In this document: positions 29,361 to 47,933 of the stretch, piece after piece
How the letters are laid out: every line of letters starts with the position of its first letter
Position numbering within the stretch: the first letter of the stretch is position 1
Assembly: GCF_009914755.1 (NCBI RefSeq)
Contig: NC_060938.1
Direction: 5' to 3' (one strand)
Origin: the human T2T-CHM13v2.0 reference genome, Homo sapiens
DNA: 64,000 bases
Notes under the pieces: model-generated
What the model saw: the letters and a program-made list of their open reading frames with translations, nothing else
Told to the model about the DNA's origin: nothing
The model's database searches: none
Made by a program: the position numbers and the translations under genes

Positions 29361-31472
29361 ACCTTCTTCGAATTTTCTCTCACCTCATCTCCTTTTCCTT
29401 AAACGTCTGTTTTGAATATCAGACCCCTGTAGCGTTGAAGCCAGCGCTCGTTTAATTAATGCAGGTGGGAACGCTGTCGCCACAGTTTGCAGTCTATTCA
29501 TTCAGAATAACCCGCCAGTCAGCCGACTGCTCAGAGCTCGGAAAGACCCAGCTCCAAACTAGGAGTTTCGAGATTTTAATTGGCAAGTTGGACCCGAAAG
29601 AGTTAATGGAGAAGACTACTTAAATCTATCTAGAACAAGTGATGAGATATTTGGAGATGTGTTTGCATGCTTGGTGAATGCAGACGGCCAAATGGTACAT
29701 TTCCAGATAATATTCTTGGATTAATGTATTTGAATGCACCCTACGTACATTTTTTGAGAGGAAAAAAGGAAGAAAGAAATTATTAATGCTAACTACAAAC
29801 GTCAGAGTACCAGTTGTTCAAAACTTAGAAATTGGGGGGGGGGACAAAAAAATTAACATTCTTATTTTCTCAACTCAGAGATAACCACTTACAGTATTTG
29901 CATACTTCCTTTTAGTATTTTTTCTCTTTATGTTAATAATGTGTGTCGATCTGTAGCCTAGTTTTTTCCCTCAGCATTATATCATCTTTTCGATACGGTT
30001 AGGGAATAGAGCTATATATAAATAAAACTATATGTACCATATGTACAAGTGACAACGAAAAATGCATTTGCATTTCTCCTGTTTGTGTTGTTAAACACTA
30101 GAGTTTTGAAATTTTCTTTGCACACTCCCAGAAATGGCTCTTGAGTGGAAAAATAATTTTGTGCCATGAAAGATAAAAATATTCCTGCTTTGAACTGAAA
30201 TGGAAAACGAAAAGATGACTCTTAGATGGAAGCAGTCTCCCCCTACTGACTCCAGATGATTGGCCACTGTATGGCTAGTGCCCACTTTTGCCGTGATAAA
30301 GTTCATCACCACTAAGTATGAACTATAGAATACCAGCAGTCTAGTTCCTACCCTCAAGAACCTTAAATTTTCCATATCTCAATATCCTGTACAGTCTTCA
30401 TGAAAGTTCAGTGTCCCAGCCAAGGACCTGTTTTCTTCAATCTTTGATTGAGGGTAAATTCAGAATTAAAACCAAGGAAGATTTTGAAGCCAATTCAATT
30501 TCCCTTGGCAACAGTTGAACTGTTAAAAGCATAGTGCACGTTTGAAATTCTCACAGCTGTTGCTTAGAACATGTCATAGAGTGGGGATTTTGCTTGCAAA
30601 TTATGGATCTCTATAAAGACAATTCATTTCAAAGTCATTTCACTTTCTATAAAATGGCTGAGCAACTGAAATGAGCAGGTTTTTTAAAATGGAAACATCC
30701 TTGCCTATGTGAGAAATTGTTCTCTGGACCAGTAATTTCTCCCATGTATCCCAGGGATTTCGGTACTCCAAGAATAGTGCAAGACAATCTATTTCGGATG
30801 CAGTAAAAGAAAGTATTAGGAAATATATTTACATTTAATTTTAATCTAAAAGGCATTACGGTCAACTACTATTTTATATAGAGTGAATGGCTCTGCCCTC
30901 AGTCCATGGAATGGTGCCTTGGCCTAGAACAGCATAGGAGATGTCCTCAGGGAAAAGTGGGAGTTACCCATTCCTAGGGGTTGGCAGTGGTGGGCCCACC
31001 CAATCAGCCCCTGACAACATATGACTTATTGCGGTTTCTTATTGCAGTTTCTGGATTCAACTAAGTGGACTTACTGATTATATTATCTAAGTTTAATTAA
31101 ACTAACCCTCATAAAACAGACAAATGACTCTATGAGTCCTTTGCAAATAAACCACGGGAGAACAAGAAGAAAATGTTAGAACTGACTCTTCAGTATCAAA
31201 TCTTTTTTTTCTTTTTTTTTTTTTTTTTTTGGTATTTTTAGTAGAGACGGGGTTTCACCATGTTGGCCAGGCTGTTCTCAAACTCCTGACCTTGTGATCC
31301 ACCCGCCTCGGTCTCCCAAAGTGCTGGGATTACAGGCATGAGCCACCACACCCAGCCCAGTATCAAATCTTTGACAGCCACTTTTCAAAAGTAAAATACC
31401 AATCTAATAAATTCAATCAAATTTTGACTAGAAAAAAAATCAAGGCTACTTGAAATGTAAATTTACATCCAC

Positions 31473-31518
<46 letters not shown>
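31473..31518 (+). repeat. (GTT)n microsatellite derived from an Alu tail
   Basis: About 15 uninterrupted TGT/GTT units adjoining an antisense Alu. Confidence 0.95.
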
Positions 31519-31519
<1 letters not shown>

Positions 31520-33623
31520 GAGATGGAGTCTCGCTTTGTCGCCCAGGCTGGAGTACAGTGGCGCAAACGACTCACTGCAACCTTCACCTCCCGGGTTCAA
31601 GCAATCCTTCTGCCTCAGCCTCCCAAGTAGCTGGGATTACAGGCATGTACACCTGGCTAATTTTTGTATTTTAAGTAGAGACGGGGTTTCACCATGTTGG
31701 CCAGGCTGGTCTCGAACTCCTGACCTCAAATGATCCACCCCACTCGACCCCCCAAAGTGCTGGGATTACAGGCGTGAGCCACTGCACCCAGCCTACATCC
31801 ACTGTTATTAAGAATTGAACTTCATTCTAAGTGTATATGTTGATTGAGTTAAGCTAATGATGGTAGCGTATGTCTATACTTTATGGACAAATACACATAT
31901 ATTTGGAAGAATTTTTTTGGCTGGATGTCACAGCTAATGCCTGTAATCCTAGCACTTTGGGAGGCTGAGGAGGGTGGATCACTTTAGCCCAGGTGTTTGA
32001 AACCAGACTGGGCAACATCGTGAAACCCCTTATCTACGAAAAAAATTTCAAAATCAGCCAGGCCTGGTGGCACGCTCCTGTTGTCCCAGCTACTGGGAGG
32101 CTGAGGTGGGAAGATCACCTGAGCCCAGGTGGTCAATGCTGCAGTGAGCTATGATCATGCCACTGCATTCCAGCCTGGGAGAGAAAGTGAAAACCTGTCT
32201 CAAAAAAAAGAAGTTTGGAAGCCAGGCACAATGTCACAGGCCTGCAGTCCCAACTACTCCACAGGCTGAGGTCGGAGCATCACTTGAGCCCAGGAGTTGG
32301 ATTCTGTAGTGTGACATGATGTAGCCTGTGAATAAAAACATTCTAGGCCGGGCACAGTGGCTCACGCCTGTAATCCCAGCACTTTTGAGAGGCCGAGGCA
32401 GGTGGATCACAAGGTCAGGAGTTCGAGACCAGCCTGGCCAATATGGTGAAACCCCGTCTCTATTAAAATACAAAAATTAGCTGGGTTTGGTAGCAGCTGT
32501 CTATAATCCTAGCTACTCAGGAGGCTGAGGCAGGAGAATTGCTTGAACCCAGGAGGCGGAGGTTGCAGTGAGCCAAGATCCCAACACTGCACTCCAGCCT
32601 GGGTGACACAGCAAGACTCCATCTCAAAAAACAAAAAAAAATGAAAAGAAAAACATTATAGCCATCTGAGAGGCCATTATCAAGTGACAAAATGTAGTCT
32701 ATTGCTCTCACATGAAAGCATTCACTTCCCAGATATCAAAGCTGAGCTTATCATGAATCTACTAGTGAGCTAGCCACGTGATAAGACCAAGACATTGACT
32801 ATCAAATGATGGCTGGCTGGGGAACTAAAGGAGAACTAAAATAATAAGTAGAAGCATCGTCAGAACAATTGTCAACCAGTAGAGGAGGAAAAGACCTATG
32901 CTGATTAGATATCATGATCAGAGGTAGACTAGTTTGGTGTGTGTGGAGTGGCGGGGTACATGAAGCTGGTCGTGGACTGAGAGGAAAGAACAGTGAGGGT
33001 GAGAAAGCCTGAGGCAGTAGCTGCCTCTTAGGAAAACAGAAAGAGTATACACTGCAGGTGCGGTGGTTCACACCTGTAATCCCAACACTTCTGGGAGGCG
33101 AGGCAGGCAGATCACTTGAGAACAGGAGTTCACGGCCAGCCTGGCCAACATGGTGAAACCCCGTCTCTACTAAAAATACAAAAATTAGCCGGGCATGGTG
33201 GTTCGCACCTGTAGTCCCAGCTACTCAGGAGGCTGAGGGGCAATAATCACTTGAACCTGGGAAGTGGAGGCTACAGTGAGCTGAGATCATGCCACTGTAC
33301 TCCATCCTGGGTGACAGAGCGAGACGCCCTTTCAAAGAAAAGAGTATACACAAGAAAAAAGTATACACATGGCTACTGCAGACAAGGGATTTTGGTGTCA
33401 TATTTCTCTGAGTTAACATTTATCCACCAGGAAACATCCTCAGCAGTGACATTTTCTTGGGTCACAGTTTAAATACTCTAGTTACATTTTCAGATGTGCT
33501 TCAAAGATTGTGGCTTATTCGTAGCTTTCCGTGTGATTAATATGTATAATTATTGCTTGAGATTTAAAGTGTTTAGGTGTTCCAGTTCCCTAGTTAGCAG
33601 TTTAAGCTGCATTCCAGAGATGA

Positions 33624-33941
<318 letters not shown>

Positions 33942-34877
33942 TAGAGATGGGGTTTCACCATGTTAGCCAGGATGGTCTCGATCTCCTGACCTCGTGATCC
34001 GCCCGTCTCAGCCTCCCAGAGTGCTGGGATTACAGGCGTGAGCCACCGCACCCGGCAAGAAAGCCAATTTTAAGTGCCCTTTATTTCATACAGGATAAAA
34101 TACAAAATAATGTACCACAAGCAATAATTTTGTTTGTAAAATAGTCAAATTACACAATTAAATGAGCTTAAAGCTATACCTAATAATGAGCATGATGGTG
34201 AGAACCCACTCTGAAATCCAAATTTATCTTAGCTCTGACAGTCAGGAGATAGGGCAGATTATTAACCCCTTCCTCCAGCCTTGGTTTCCTCACCTGTGAA
34301 TAAGCAGACTAACAGTTCCTAACTCAGGATACTCATCAAATTGAAATGATGTTATGCATTTACTACAGTGCTTTGCATCTATTAACTGCTTGATAAATAC
34401 TACTTATTACCACAGTCGTCTATTTTCTTATTTTTAATACTCCTTATCTGGCCAGGTGTGGTGGCTCACACCTGTAATCCCAGCACTTTGGAAGGCCGAG
34501 GTGGGTGGATCACTGAAGCCAGGAGTTCGAGACCAGCCTGGCCAACATGGCAAAACCCCATCTCTACAAAAAATACAAAAATCAGCTGGGTGTGGTGGTG
34601 CATGCCTCTAGTCCCAGCTACTTGGGAGACTGAGGCAGAGAATAGCTTGAACCTGGGAGGTGGAGGTTGCAGTGAGCCAAGATAGTGCCAGTCCAGCCTG
34701 GATGACAGAGCAAGACTCTGTCTCAAAAAAAATAAATAAATAGGCCGGGCACAGTGGCTCACGCCTGTAATCCCAGCACTTTGGGGGGCTAAGGCGGGCA
34801 GATCACGAGGTCAGGAGATTGAGACCATCCTGGCTAACACGGTGAAACCCCGTCTCTACTAAATATACAAAAAATTA

Positions 34878-35078
<201 letters not shown>

Positions 35079-35355
35079 TTAGCCATCTAAAAACTAAACT
35101 TTAGGAAGTTTTCTGTTGAGTGTTTTTTTCCCCCTCAAAATTTTCTTCTGGCATACCCCCTGTGACAGGAAGAAAACAAGGAGCAGGGAAATCACAGGCA
35201 TGCCTCTCAATCTACTTCCACACTAAATTAGACAATGTGTGTGTGGGAGCATTCATTAGCAATAGCAGGGATTTCCATTTTAGAACATCCGTTTACCTCT
35301 AAAACTGAACAAAATGGTTATTTGACTTCATTTCAGAGCTTTAGCTTCATTCTAA

Positions 35356-35479
<124 letters not shown>

Positions 35480-35987
35480 TAGCTGGGATTACAGGCACGT
35501 GCCACGTCGCCTGGCTAATTTCTGTATTTTTAGTAGAGTCAGGGTTTCACCATTTTGGCCAGGCCAGCCTTGAACTCCTGACCTCAAGTGATCTGCCTGC
35601 CTCAGCCTCCCAAAGTCCTGGGATTACAGGTGTGAGCCACCGCACCCGGCCCTTCATTCTAATATATATTCTTTTAAAAGAGGCTCAGGCTGGGCACAGT
35701 GGCTCATACCTGTAATCCTAGCACTTTGGGAGACCAAGGAGGGAGGATGGCTTGAGCCCAGGAGGTCAGGACTAGCCTGGGCAACATAGCAAGACCCCTA
35801 TCTCTACAAAAGAATTTAAAAGTTAGTCAGGTCTGGTAGTACACAAATGTTGTCCTAGCTACTCAGGTGGCCCTGTGTGTCCTAGCTACTCAGGTGGCTA
35901 AAATGGGAGGAGCGCTTGAGCCCAGGAGTTTGAGGCTGCAGTAAGCTATGATCATGCCATTGCACTCTAGCCCGGGCAAAAGAATTA

Positions 35988-36170
<183 letters not shown>

Positions 36171-36236
36171 TTAGGCCGGGCGCAGTGGCTCCCGCTTGTA
36201 ATCCCAGCACTTTGGGAGGCTGAGGCGGGCGGATCA

Positions 36237-36714
<478 letters not shown>

Positions 36715-36799
36715 CTATTTCTCATCCTCATTTTAACCTCTAAAACTGCACCAGGACTGAGATTCCAGTTTCTAATCCTAGCCCTGCGTTTAATAGTGG

Positions 36800-37275
36800 T
36801 CTGGCCTTGGTGTTTTGAATACGTGCCTCCCAACCGTCCCCTTCTTTTCCTTTGAGGCCCACACCCTCCCTCACTTTATGTGATTCTGATGGGACTGTTA
36901 CTCATGGTGCTTCCCTCTTCCCTCCCTCCTCCCCCAGAGAGATGGGTACATGACTCAACTGGGTCTTCCCCAAGATTTGCTTTTTGAATGCTGGAGGAGG
37001 GATGCCTCTCTTCCTCTTGGATCAGAAACCATGAAATGATATAAATTAGAGCTGCTTATAACTGTCTCCCTTTTCCTTCCTTCATCCTAGAGGAAGCCAA
37101 TCCTTTAGAAGAGACTTTGGCAAATTCCAAGTTCCATCAGCCTTGTTGGAACTGCTGGATTCAGCTTTACCTAAGCTAGTTTCAGTTATATGAGCCAGTA
37201 AATTCCCTTTTTTGTTTAAGCCACTGTGGAGTTTGATTTCTACAATGGACACCCAAAAGAATCCTGACAGGCAAT
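36800..37275. mobile_element. Degenerate MLT1-type LTR
   Basis: TTCAGTTATATGAGCCAGTAAATTCCCTTTTTTGTTTAAGCCA...AAAGAATCCTGAC MaLR-like 3' end. Confidence 0.5.
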
Positions 37276-37424
37276 TCACTTAACCTCTTCAAGCTTCAGT
37301 TTACTTTTTAGACCCTGAAACTGAGGTTTTCTAAATGTTGAGAACTAAGTGAAACGTTTATGAATCTTAAGCATGAAAGGAAATAATTTAAAGTGACCCT
37401 GCCAGGAGTTCTTTCCTAATGTAA

Positions 37425-37643
<219 letters not shown>

Positions 37644-37807
37644 TAGTAGAGAGAGGTTTCACCATATTGGTCAGGCTGATTTTGAACTCCTGAACTCATG
37701 ACCCACCCACCTCGGCTTCCCAAAGTGCTGGGATTACAGGTATGAGCCACCACACCCGGCTGATTTCTGTTTTTCTTAAAAGTTTAGACTCAAAGAAGAT
37801 ATTCTTA

Positions 37808-38151
<344 letters not shown>

Positions 38152-39118
38152 CTAAGTGACAGGGAGCTCAGGAAAAAAAAATTAAAAAGGAATTATGCAT
38201 ATAGAGTTAAGTCCTTCTAGAACACAAGGAAAGAATAGTGTAATGACCTACTAAACATGAAAATAAGCCTTATTTAGCAAACTGTATGCTGCTTTTCAAT
38301 AGTTTATTTTTACTGAGTCTCTTAATACACCAAGGCCATATTTTAGAAAATGCAACCTATGGTTGAGTGTTACATCTAGGCTTCTTATCGATCATAGAGA
38401 GAGAACATTGTTTTTGAGCTATCAATAAAATTGGGTAAAATCTATGAACATAGTACGAATCAGACCTAACACATTCTAAGGGGCAAGACAACCAAAAGAG
38501 GGTGAAAACTGAAATCTGAGCACACTGTTATTGAAACAAAATAAACCAATAAGGACAATGCATAGTATGGTACTTGTAAAAATCTCATATGGTATTGGTA
38601 AAAATAACTGCAAGCATGTGCATAGCAATTTAGTGCATTTTCATATGCAGTATTTAATTTGAGCCTTAACTCTGTAGATACATATTATTTTCATTTCAAA
38701 AATAAGAAAACTGAGGATCAAGGAGGTTGCCCAATGTCAGACAGCTAGTAATGAGTGGAACCACAATTTGAATCCTGTTTGTCCAAGAGCCAGGTCTTTT
38801 CACGCTATATACCAAGTTATCACTGTGTTTAAGTCATTTGCTACTAATATATCCAAGTAATTGAATATATGGCTACTATTTTCTTCATCTTACAAAGGAA
38901 AGACTAATAAGATACAGAGGTTAACTGTGACCTTTTATGAGATCATAAAGTAAAGAAAGTAGAAACAATGGTCCAAGTCTTCCATCACCATAACTCCCAT
39001 TCATTGAACACTATGAGCTAGGAACTGTGGCAGACACTTTACTTGTATTATCTTGGTTTTTGTTTCGTTTGTTTTGTTTGGTGTGGGGTTTTTTTGTTTT
39101 TTTGTTTTTTTGAGATAG

Positions 39119-39306
<188 letters not shown>

Positions 39307-39486
39307 TGATCTCGAACTCCTGACCTCAGGTGATCTGTCTGCCTCGGCCTCCCAAAGTACTGGGATTACAGGCGTGAGCCACCGAGCCTGGCCATAGTAT
39401 CTTGTTTAATCCTCAAAATAACCTATTGATGTAGGCACTATTATTCCACTTTTTTAGATGCAGAAACTAAGATACAGAAAGCTTAA

Positions 39487-39765
<279 letters not shown>

Positions 39766-40119
39766 TGATCCACCCACCTCAGCCTCCCAAAGTGCTGAGA
39801 TTACAGGCGTGAGCCACCACACCCGGCCTTTATTATTATTTTTAGAGACAGAGTCTCTGTCACCCAGGCTGGAGTGCAGTGATTCAATCATAGCTCACTG
39901 TAACCTCAAACTCCTGGGCTCAAGCAATCCCCCACTTAGCCTCCCAAGTAGTTGGAACTACAGGCAGGTGCCACCACATCTGACTAGAAAGCTTAAGTTT
40001 CTTTTCCAAGGTTATACATCTAGTAAGTGGCAGAGCTTGGATAGGAATTCTGACTAGAAGAAAGGTGCTGAAATTCTAAACTTAGTTTACTACCTTTTCC
40101 CCATAGAAATCCTCTATAC

Positions 40120-40468
40120 CAGCAGTCCACAACCTTTCTGGCACCAGGGACTGGTTTTGTGGGAGACAATTTTTCCACTGACTGGGGTGTGGGGACTTGA
40201 GTGGGTGGTTTCGGGATGAAACTGTTCCACCTCAGATCATCAGGCATTAGATTCTCCTCGTAAGGAGCACGCAACCCAGATCCCTTGCTTGCACAGTTCA
40301 CGGTAGAGTTTGCGCTCCTATGAGAATCTAATGCCACAGCTGATCTGACAGGAGGCCGAGCTCAGGCAGTAATACTGCCTTGCCTGCCACTCACCTCCTG
40401 CTGTCCAGCCCAGTTCCTAACAGGCCATGGACTGATACCGGTCCGTGGCCCAGGGTTGGGGACCCGTG
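40120..40468 (+). mobile_element. MER1B (hAT-Charlie) DNA transposon
   Basis: Starts CAGCAGTCCACAACCTTTCTGGCACCAGGGAC, contains GATGAAACTGTTCCACCTCAGATCATCAGGCATTAGATTCTC, ends GGTTGGGGACCCGTG. About 350 bp. Confidence 0.85.
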
Positions 40469-41576
40469 TTCGACACATTCTGGTCTATATATAGTGCTGT
40501 GTAGAGTATCTAGAAAACATAATGCCTTTCCAGCTCATTTCCTTTGATATTTAAGTCTTTTTAAAAAAACATAAAGAAACCCTATTCTGTCTTTGGAGAG
40601 AAGCACACTTTGCAGGTAGAGGTAAATTTCAGTGTGAATCCAAATCAAGCTTCTTTTTTTGTATCTTAAGTTTTATCTTTTTAACATGGCCTAGCATTAG
40701 AACAACTTTCTTCTTAATGAACAGAAAATGTTGTAGGAAACTTCGGTTTAAAGAGCTTTGAAAACAAGGATAGAGGCAGTAGTCATCTCCAGTACTTGAA
40801 AATGTTCCGTTTGATGGCATTTCTAAGTCAAGGAAGCATATATTCTGATTTGGAAGGTCGATGACCCAGTTAACAAGCCAATTGGCAAATGGAACAGGGT
40901 ATTTATGAAAAAGTATTTTTGAAAAAAAAAAAAGTATTGAAAGAGACTAATTCAAAGTATATAATCACAGCTGTCTTGACCCCTAAAATGAAACAAGTTA
41001 TAATTAGCTAAAAGTCACTGCCTTCATTGGCAAACTGTCGCAAACGCTCAACTTCAAGAGAATTCATCATCTCATGATGATCAGTACATTTCCATAAGCC
41101 TTTCATACACGTCATATAGAAGTTTCCTAACCAAACTTTCATTATTGTATTTAATCATTCCCTCATACATAACATTCCATACGTTTAAGTACCTACTTGG
41201 CACTCTGGGGCAACTCAAATATGAAAAAGACATAAATAGTATCACTTGGTTGGGCGCGGTGGCTCATACCTGTAATCCCAGCACTTTGGGAGGCAGAGGT
41301 AGGTGGATCACGAGGTCAGGAGTTCAAGACCAGCCTAGCCAAGATGGTGAAACCCCATCTCTACTAAAAATACAAAAAAAAATTAGCCGGGCATGGTGGT
41401 AGGCACCTGTAATCCCAGCTACTCAGGAGGCTGAGGCAAAGAATTGCTTGAACCCAGGAGGTGGAGGTTGCAGTGAGCTGAGATGGTGACACTGCACTCT
41501 AGTCTGGGCAACAGAGCGAGACTCCATCTCAAAAAAAAAAAAAAATACTATCACTCTACTCTACTACAAGATGTTA

Positions 41577-42128
<552 letters not shown>

Positions 42129-42131
42129 TTA

Positions 42132-42448
<317 letters not shown>

Positions 42449-43198
42449 TTACCAAGTGCTCCACCAGTATTAAGTTCTTCCTTCTGCTCCTCTCTTCTCC
42501 ATGGTAGACCTTCAGAGTTGGAAATTAAATGTTTCCCTCACTCCCTCTGTTCTGCAATATTGAGGCACTGAGCAGGATCTGGGGCTCTCTCTCTTGAGTT
42601 GGAGCAGCAGGAGCTTTACCAGGGACTTACTGGAGTTGGCACGCGCAAAGGAGGATAATTGCTATTAGGATTTTGGGCAGGGATGCACTTAGCCTCAGCA
42701 AGCAGGGACTAGCCGTAGGATGGAAAAGCACTCAGGCCTTTCTGTCTCTGTCCTTGCTGTGATTGTGCTTCGGTCATTCTCCTCTCACTTTTTCTGAGGG
42801 GCAGGCTAGGTTGGGCAAAATGGCAGGTCAAGCTCTCATTTTTGCATTGTCTCCATTTAATAGAGCAGCCAGAACATAGGCGAGGATCCGTTAGTGTTAA
42901 TTCAAAGTTCCTGGGAAAGCGACCCTAGCCCAGGTTAGCTCAGGTACCCTCACCTGGTCCAATCAAATGTGGTCAGGATATGAGACTCACTGCACAAAAT
43001 GAGTGTTGGAGGCTTTCTGCTGTTTCCATGTGCATTGGAGGAGAAAAAGAGGAGAAGGAGCTTGACATTTTGGGCTGGATGATTCTTCACTTGGAGGTAG
43101 TGGGGAGAAGAGTAGGAGCAGTAGCCCTGAGATGTAGCCAATGGGTGTCTACTTATGACATCTTTATTTCCTCAAATTTGTGAAAGTAGAATTCATGA

Positions 43199-43366
<168 letters not shown>

Positions 43367-43695
43367 TAGCTGATTTTTGTATTTTTAGTAGAGACAGCGT
43401 TTCACCATGTTGGCCAGGATGGTCTCGATCCCTTGACCTCATGATCCGCTCGCCTCTGCCTCCCAAAGTGCTGGGATTACAGGCGTAAGCCACTGCGCCC
43501 AGCCCCAGGATATGAATATTTTAAAGCTCTTTTTGTATTGTGGTTGTTTTTTGAGATGGAGTCTCATTCTTGCCCAGCCTGGAGTTCAGTGATGAGATCT
43601 CAACTCACTGCAACCTCCGCCTACCGAGTTCAAACGATTCTCGGACCTCAGCCTCCCAAGCAGCTGGGATTACAGGCACAGGCCACCACGCTGGG

Positions 43696-43696
<1 letters not shown>

Positions 43697-43741
<45 letters not shown>

Positions 43742-43748
43742 TTTTTTT
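43697..43748 (+). repeat. Poly(T) expansion of an Alu middle linker
   Basis: About 42 consecutive T between the two arms of an antisense Alu. Confidence 0.9.
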
Positions 43749-44329
43749 AGTAGAAATGGGGTTTTACCATGTTGGCCAGGCTGGTTTTGAATGCCTGACC
43801 TCAAGTGATCCTCCCATTTCAGCCTCCTAAAGTGCTGGGATTACAGGGATGAGCCACCATGCCTGGCCATATTTTTAAGTTCTTGCTAAAGTTCTGCCAC
43901 ATCACCATTACTTTCTCCTCTCATCTTGTTAATTACAGAGATAGAATAGTTAAAATATTTTCCATGTATTTAGTAGTCATTGGTATTTCTTTTTCTGCAA
44001 ATTGACTATTGGTGGGTTTTGCTTATTTTTTCCATTACAGTTTTAGTGCTTTTGTGATTTATCTATATGAATTTGTTATATGTTGATTTGACACAAGAGT
44101 ATACCATATCTCCCTTGAGATTTCTTTCATTACTAAGCATAAATTCTTAGAACGTCTTTCCCTTAAAAATTCCTCCCCCCTGGCCAGGCACTGTGGCTCA
44201 TGCCTATAATTCCAGCACTTTGGGAGGCCAAGGCAGGTGGATCACTTGAGGTTGGAAGTTTGAGACCATCCTGGCCAACATGGTGAAACCTCATCTCTAC
44301 TAAAAATATCAAACTTAGCCAGGTGGCTA

Positions 44330-44452
<123 letters not shown>

Positions 44453-44537
44453 CTACCTCAAAAAAAAAAAAAAAAAAAATTCCTGCCCCAGAACTCTTTC
44501 TTACAAAAATACTGCTAATGTTCACCTGGGATATTCA

Positions 44538-44849
<312 letters not shown>

Positions 44850-44885
44850 TCAAAATAATAATAATAATAATTGAAAAAAAAAAAA

Positions 44886-44988
44886 CTGTCCCCATGATCT
44901 CATTAGCTCCTCCCAGGCCCCACCTCCAGCACTGGGGATTACGTTTCAACATGAGATTTGGGTAGGGACACAGATCCAAACCATATCA
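44886..44988 (-). mobile_element. MSTA (ERVL-MaLR) LTR, 5' ~100 bp, inverted relative to the rest of the element
   Basis: Minus strand reads TGATATGGTTTGGATCTGTGTCCCTACCCAAATCTCATGTTG...GAGATCATGGGG, the start of the MST LTR. Confidence 0.85.
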
Positions 44989-45519
44989 CTACCCAAGTGT
45001 ATAATTTAATCTTTATCACCTACCTCAGTGCATGCCCAAAGATATTCACTACTAACAGTTCCATGTATATCCTTCCAATACTTTTCTAGATATGTACAGG
45101 TGTGTGTTTGTGTATGTGTATGGGTGTATATAACATAGTTTTCCCTAGTATACATAGGATACTACTTTACTTATAGTGCTGTGGCTTTTATTTTTCATGT
45201 GACATCAGAGACACTTTTCCATATGATATACATCTCCCTTATATCTTTTCTCTCTCTCTCTCTTTTTTTTTTTTTTTTTTTTTTTTTGGCATTCTGGGGT
45301 GGGCCCGAAACATCTCCCTTACATCTAATGTCTGCCTAGTATTTTATAGTATGGATGAACCTCCGCCTCCCAGGTTCAAGCATTTCTCCTGTCTCAGCCT
45401 CCGGAGTAGCTGGGATTACAGGTGCCCACCACCACGCCTGGCTAATCTTTTGTATTTTTAGTAGACATGGGGTTTCACCATGTTGGCCAGGCTGGTCTCG
45501 AACTCCTGACCTAAGGTGA

Positions 45520-46568
<1,049 letters not shown>

Positions 46569-47613
46569 TAGTAGAGACGGGGTTTCACTGTGTTAGCCAG
46601 GATGGTCTCGATCTCCTGACCTCGTGATCTGCCCACCTCGGCCTCCCAAAGTGCTGGGATTACAGGCATGAGCCACCACTCCCGGCTTACTTTTACATTT
46701 GAAGAAAAGGAAGGTAAGTGGAACTTTCCTGGAGAGACAGCCAGTAAGAACAGATGCTGGTAAAAGGAGCAGCAGCCATGCTAAGTATTCCACTTTTTTT
46801 TTTTTTTTTTTTTTTTTTTGAGACAAGGTCTCACTCTGTCTCCCAGGCTGGAGTGCAGTGGTGCGATCATGACTCACTGCAGCCTTGATCTCCTGGGCTC
46901 AAGCAATCCTCCCACCTCAGCCTCCCAAGAAACTGAAGCTGAAACTACAGGTGTGTGCCACCATGCCCAGCTAATTTTAAAATTTTGTGCAGCCACAGGG
47001 TCTTCCTATGTTGCCCAGGCTGGTCTCAAACTCCTGAGCTCAAGCGATCCTCCCACCTCAGCCTCGCAAAGTGTTGGGATTACTAGTATGAGCCACTGCA
47101 TGCAACAGGCATTCTACTTTTACATCTCAATAAACTAAGCTGAACAAACAGAAATCTGAAGTGTTTTATCCATTAGTGGAGAAAAGTAGGCTAAATATTA
47201 ATAATGCAGTATCAAAAACATAACTTACTTGTTTTTTGGTTTTGGTTTTTGTGTTTTGGAGATGGGCACGATCTTATCTCACTGCAGCCTCGACTTTCTG
47301 GGCTCAAGTTATCTTCCCACCTTAGCCTCCCAAGTAGCTGGGATTACAGTCATAAGCCACTGCACAAATATCAACTCATTTGTTAAGATTGTTTTGCCTT
47401 TCAGAGAAAAATGAGCACGTAAGACAATATAAGTCATATTCCTTTACTAGGAAGGCTTAGTTGAATTAATCAATCCTCATTCTTTCAAGTAAAAGTACAG
47501 TCAGCAATGAGTATATGTTCAAGCTCGTATACAATCCCTAATCATTCAAGATGCTCTAAAACTTAGTTTGATCTTAAATTTCTTTCTTTCTTTTTTTTTT
47601 TTTTTTTTTTTGA

Positions 47614-47933
<320 letters not shown>

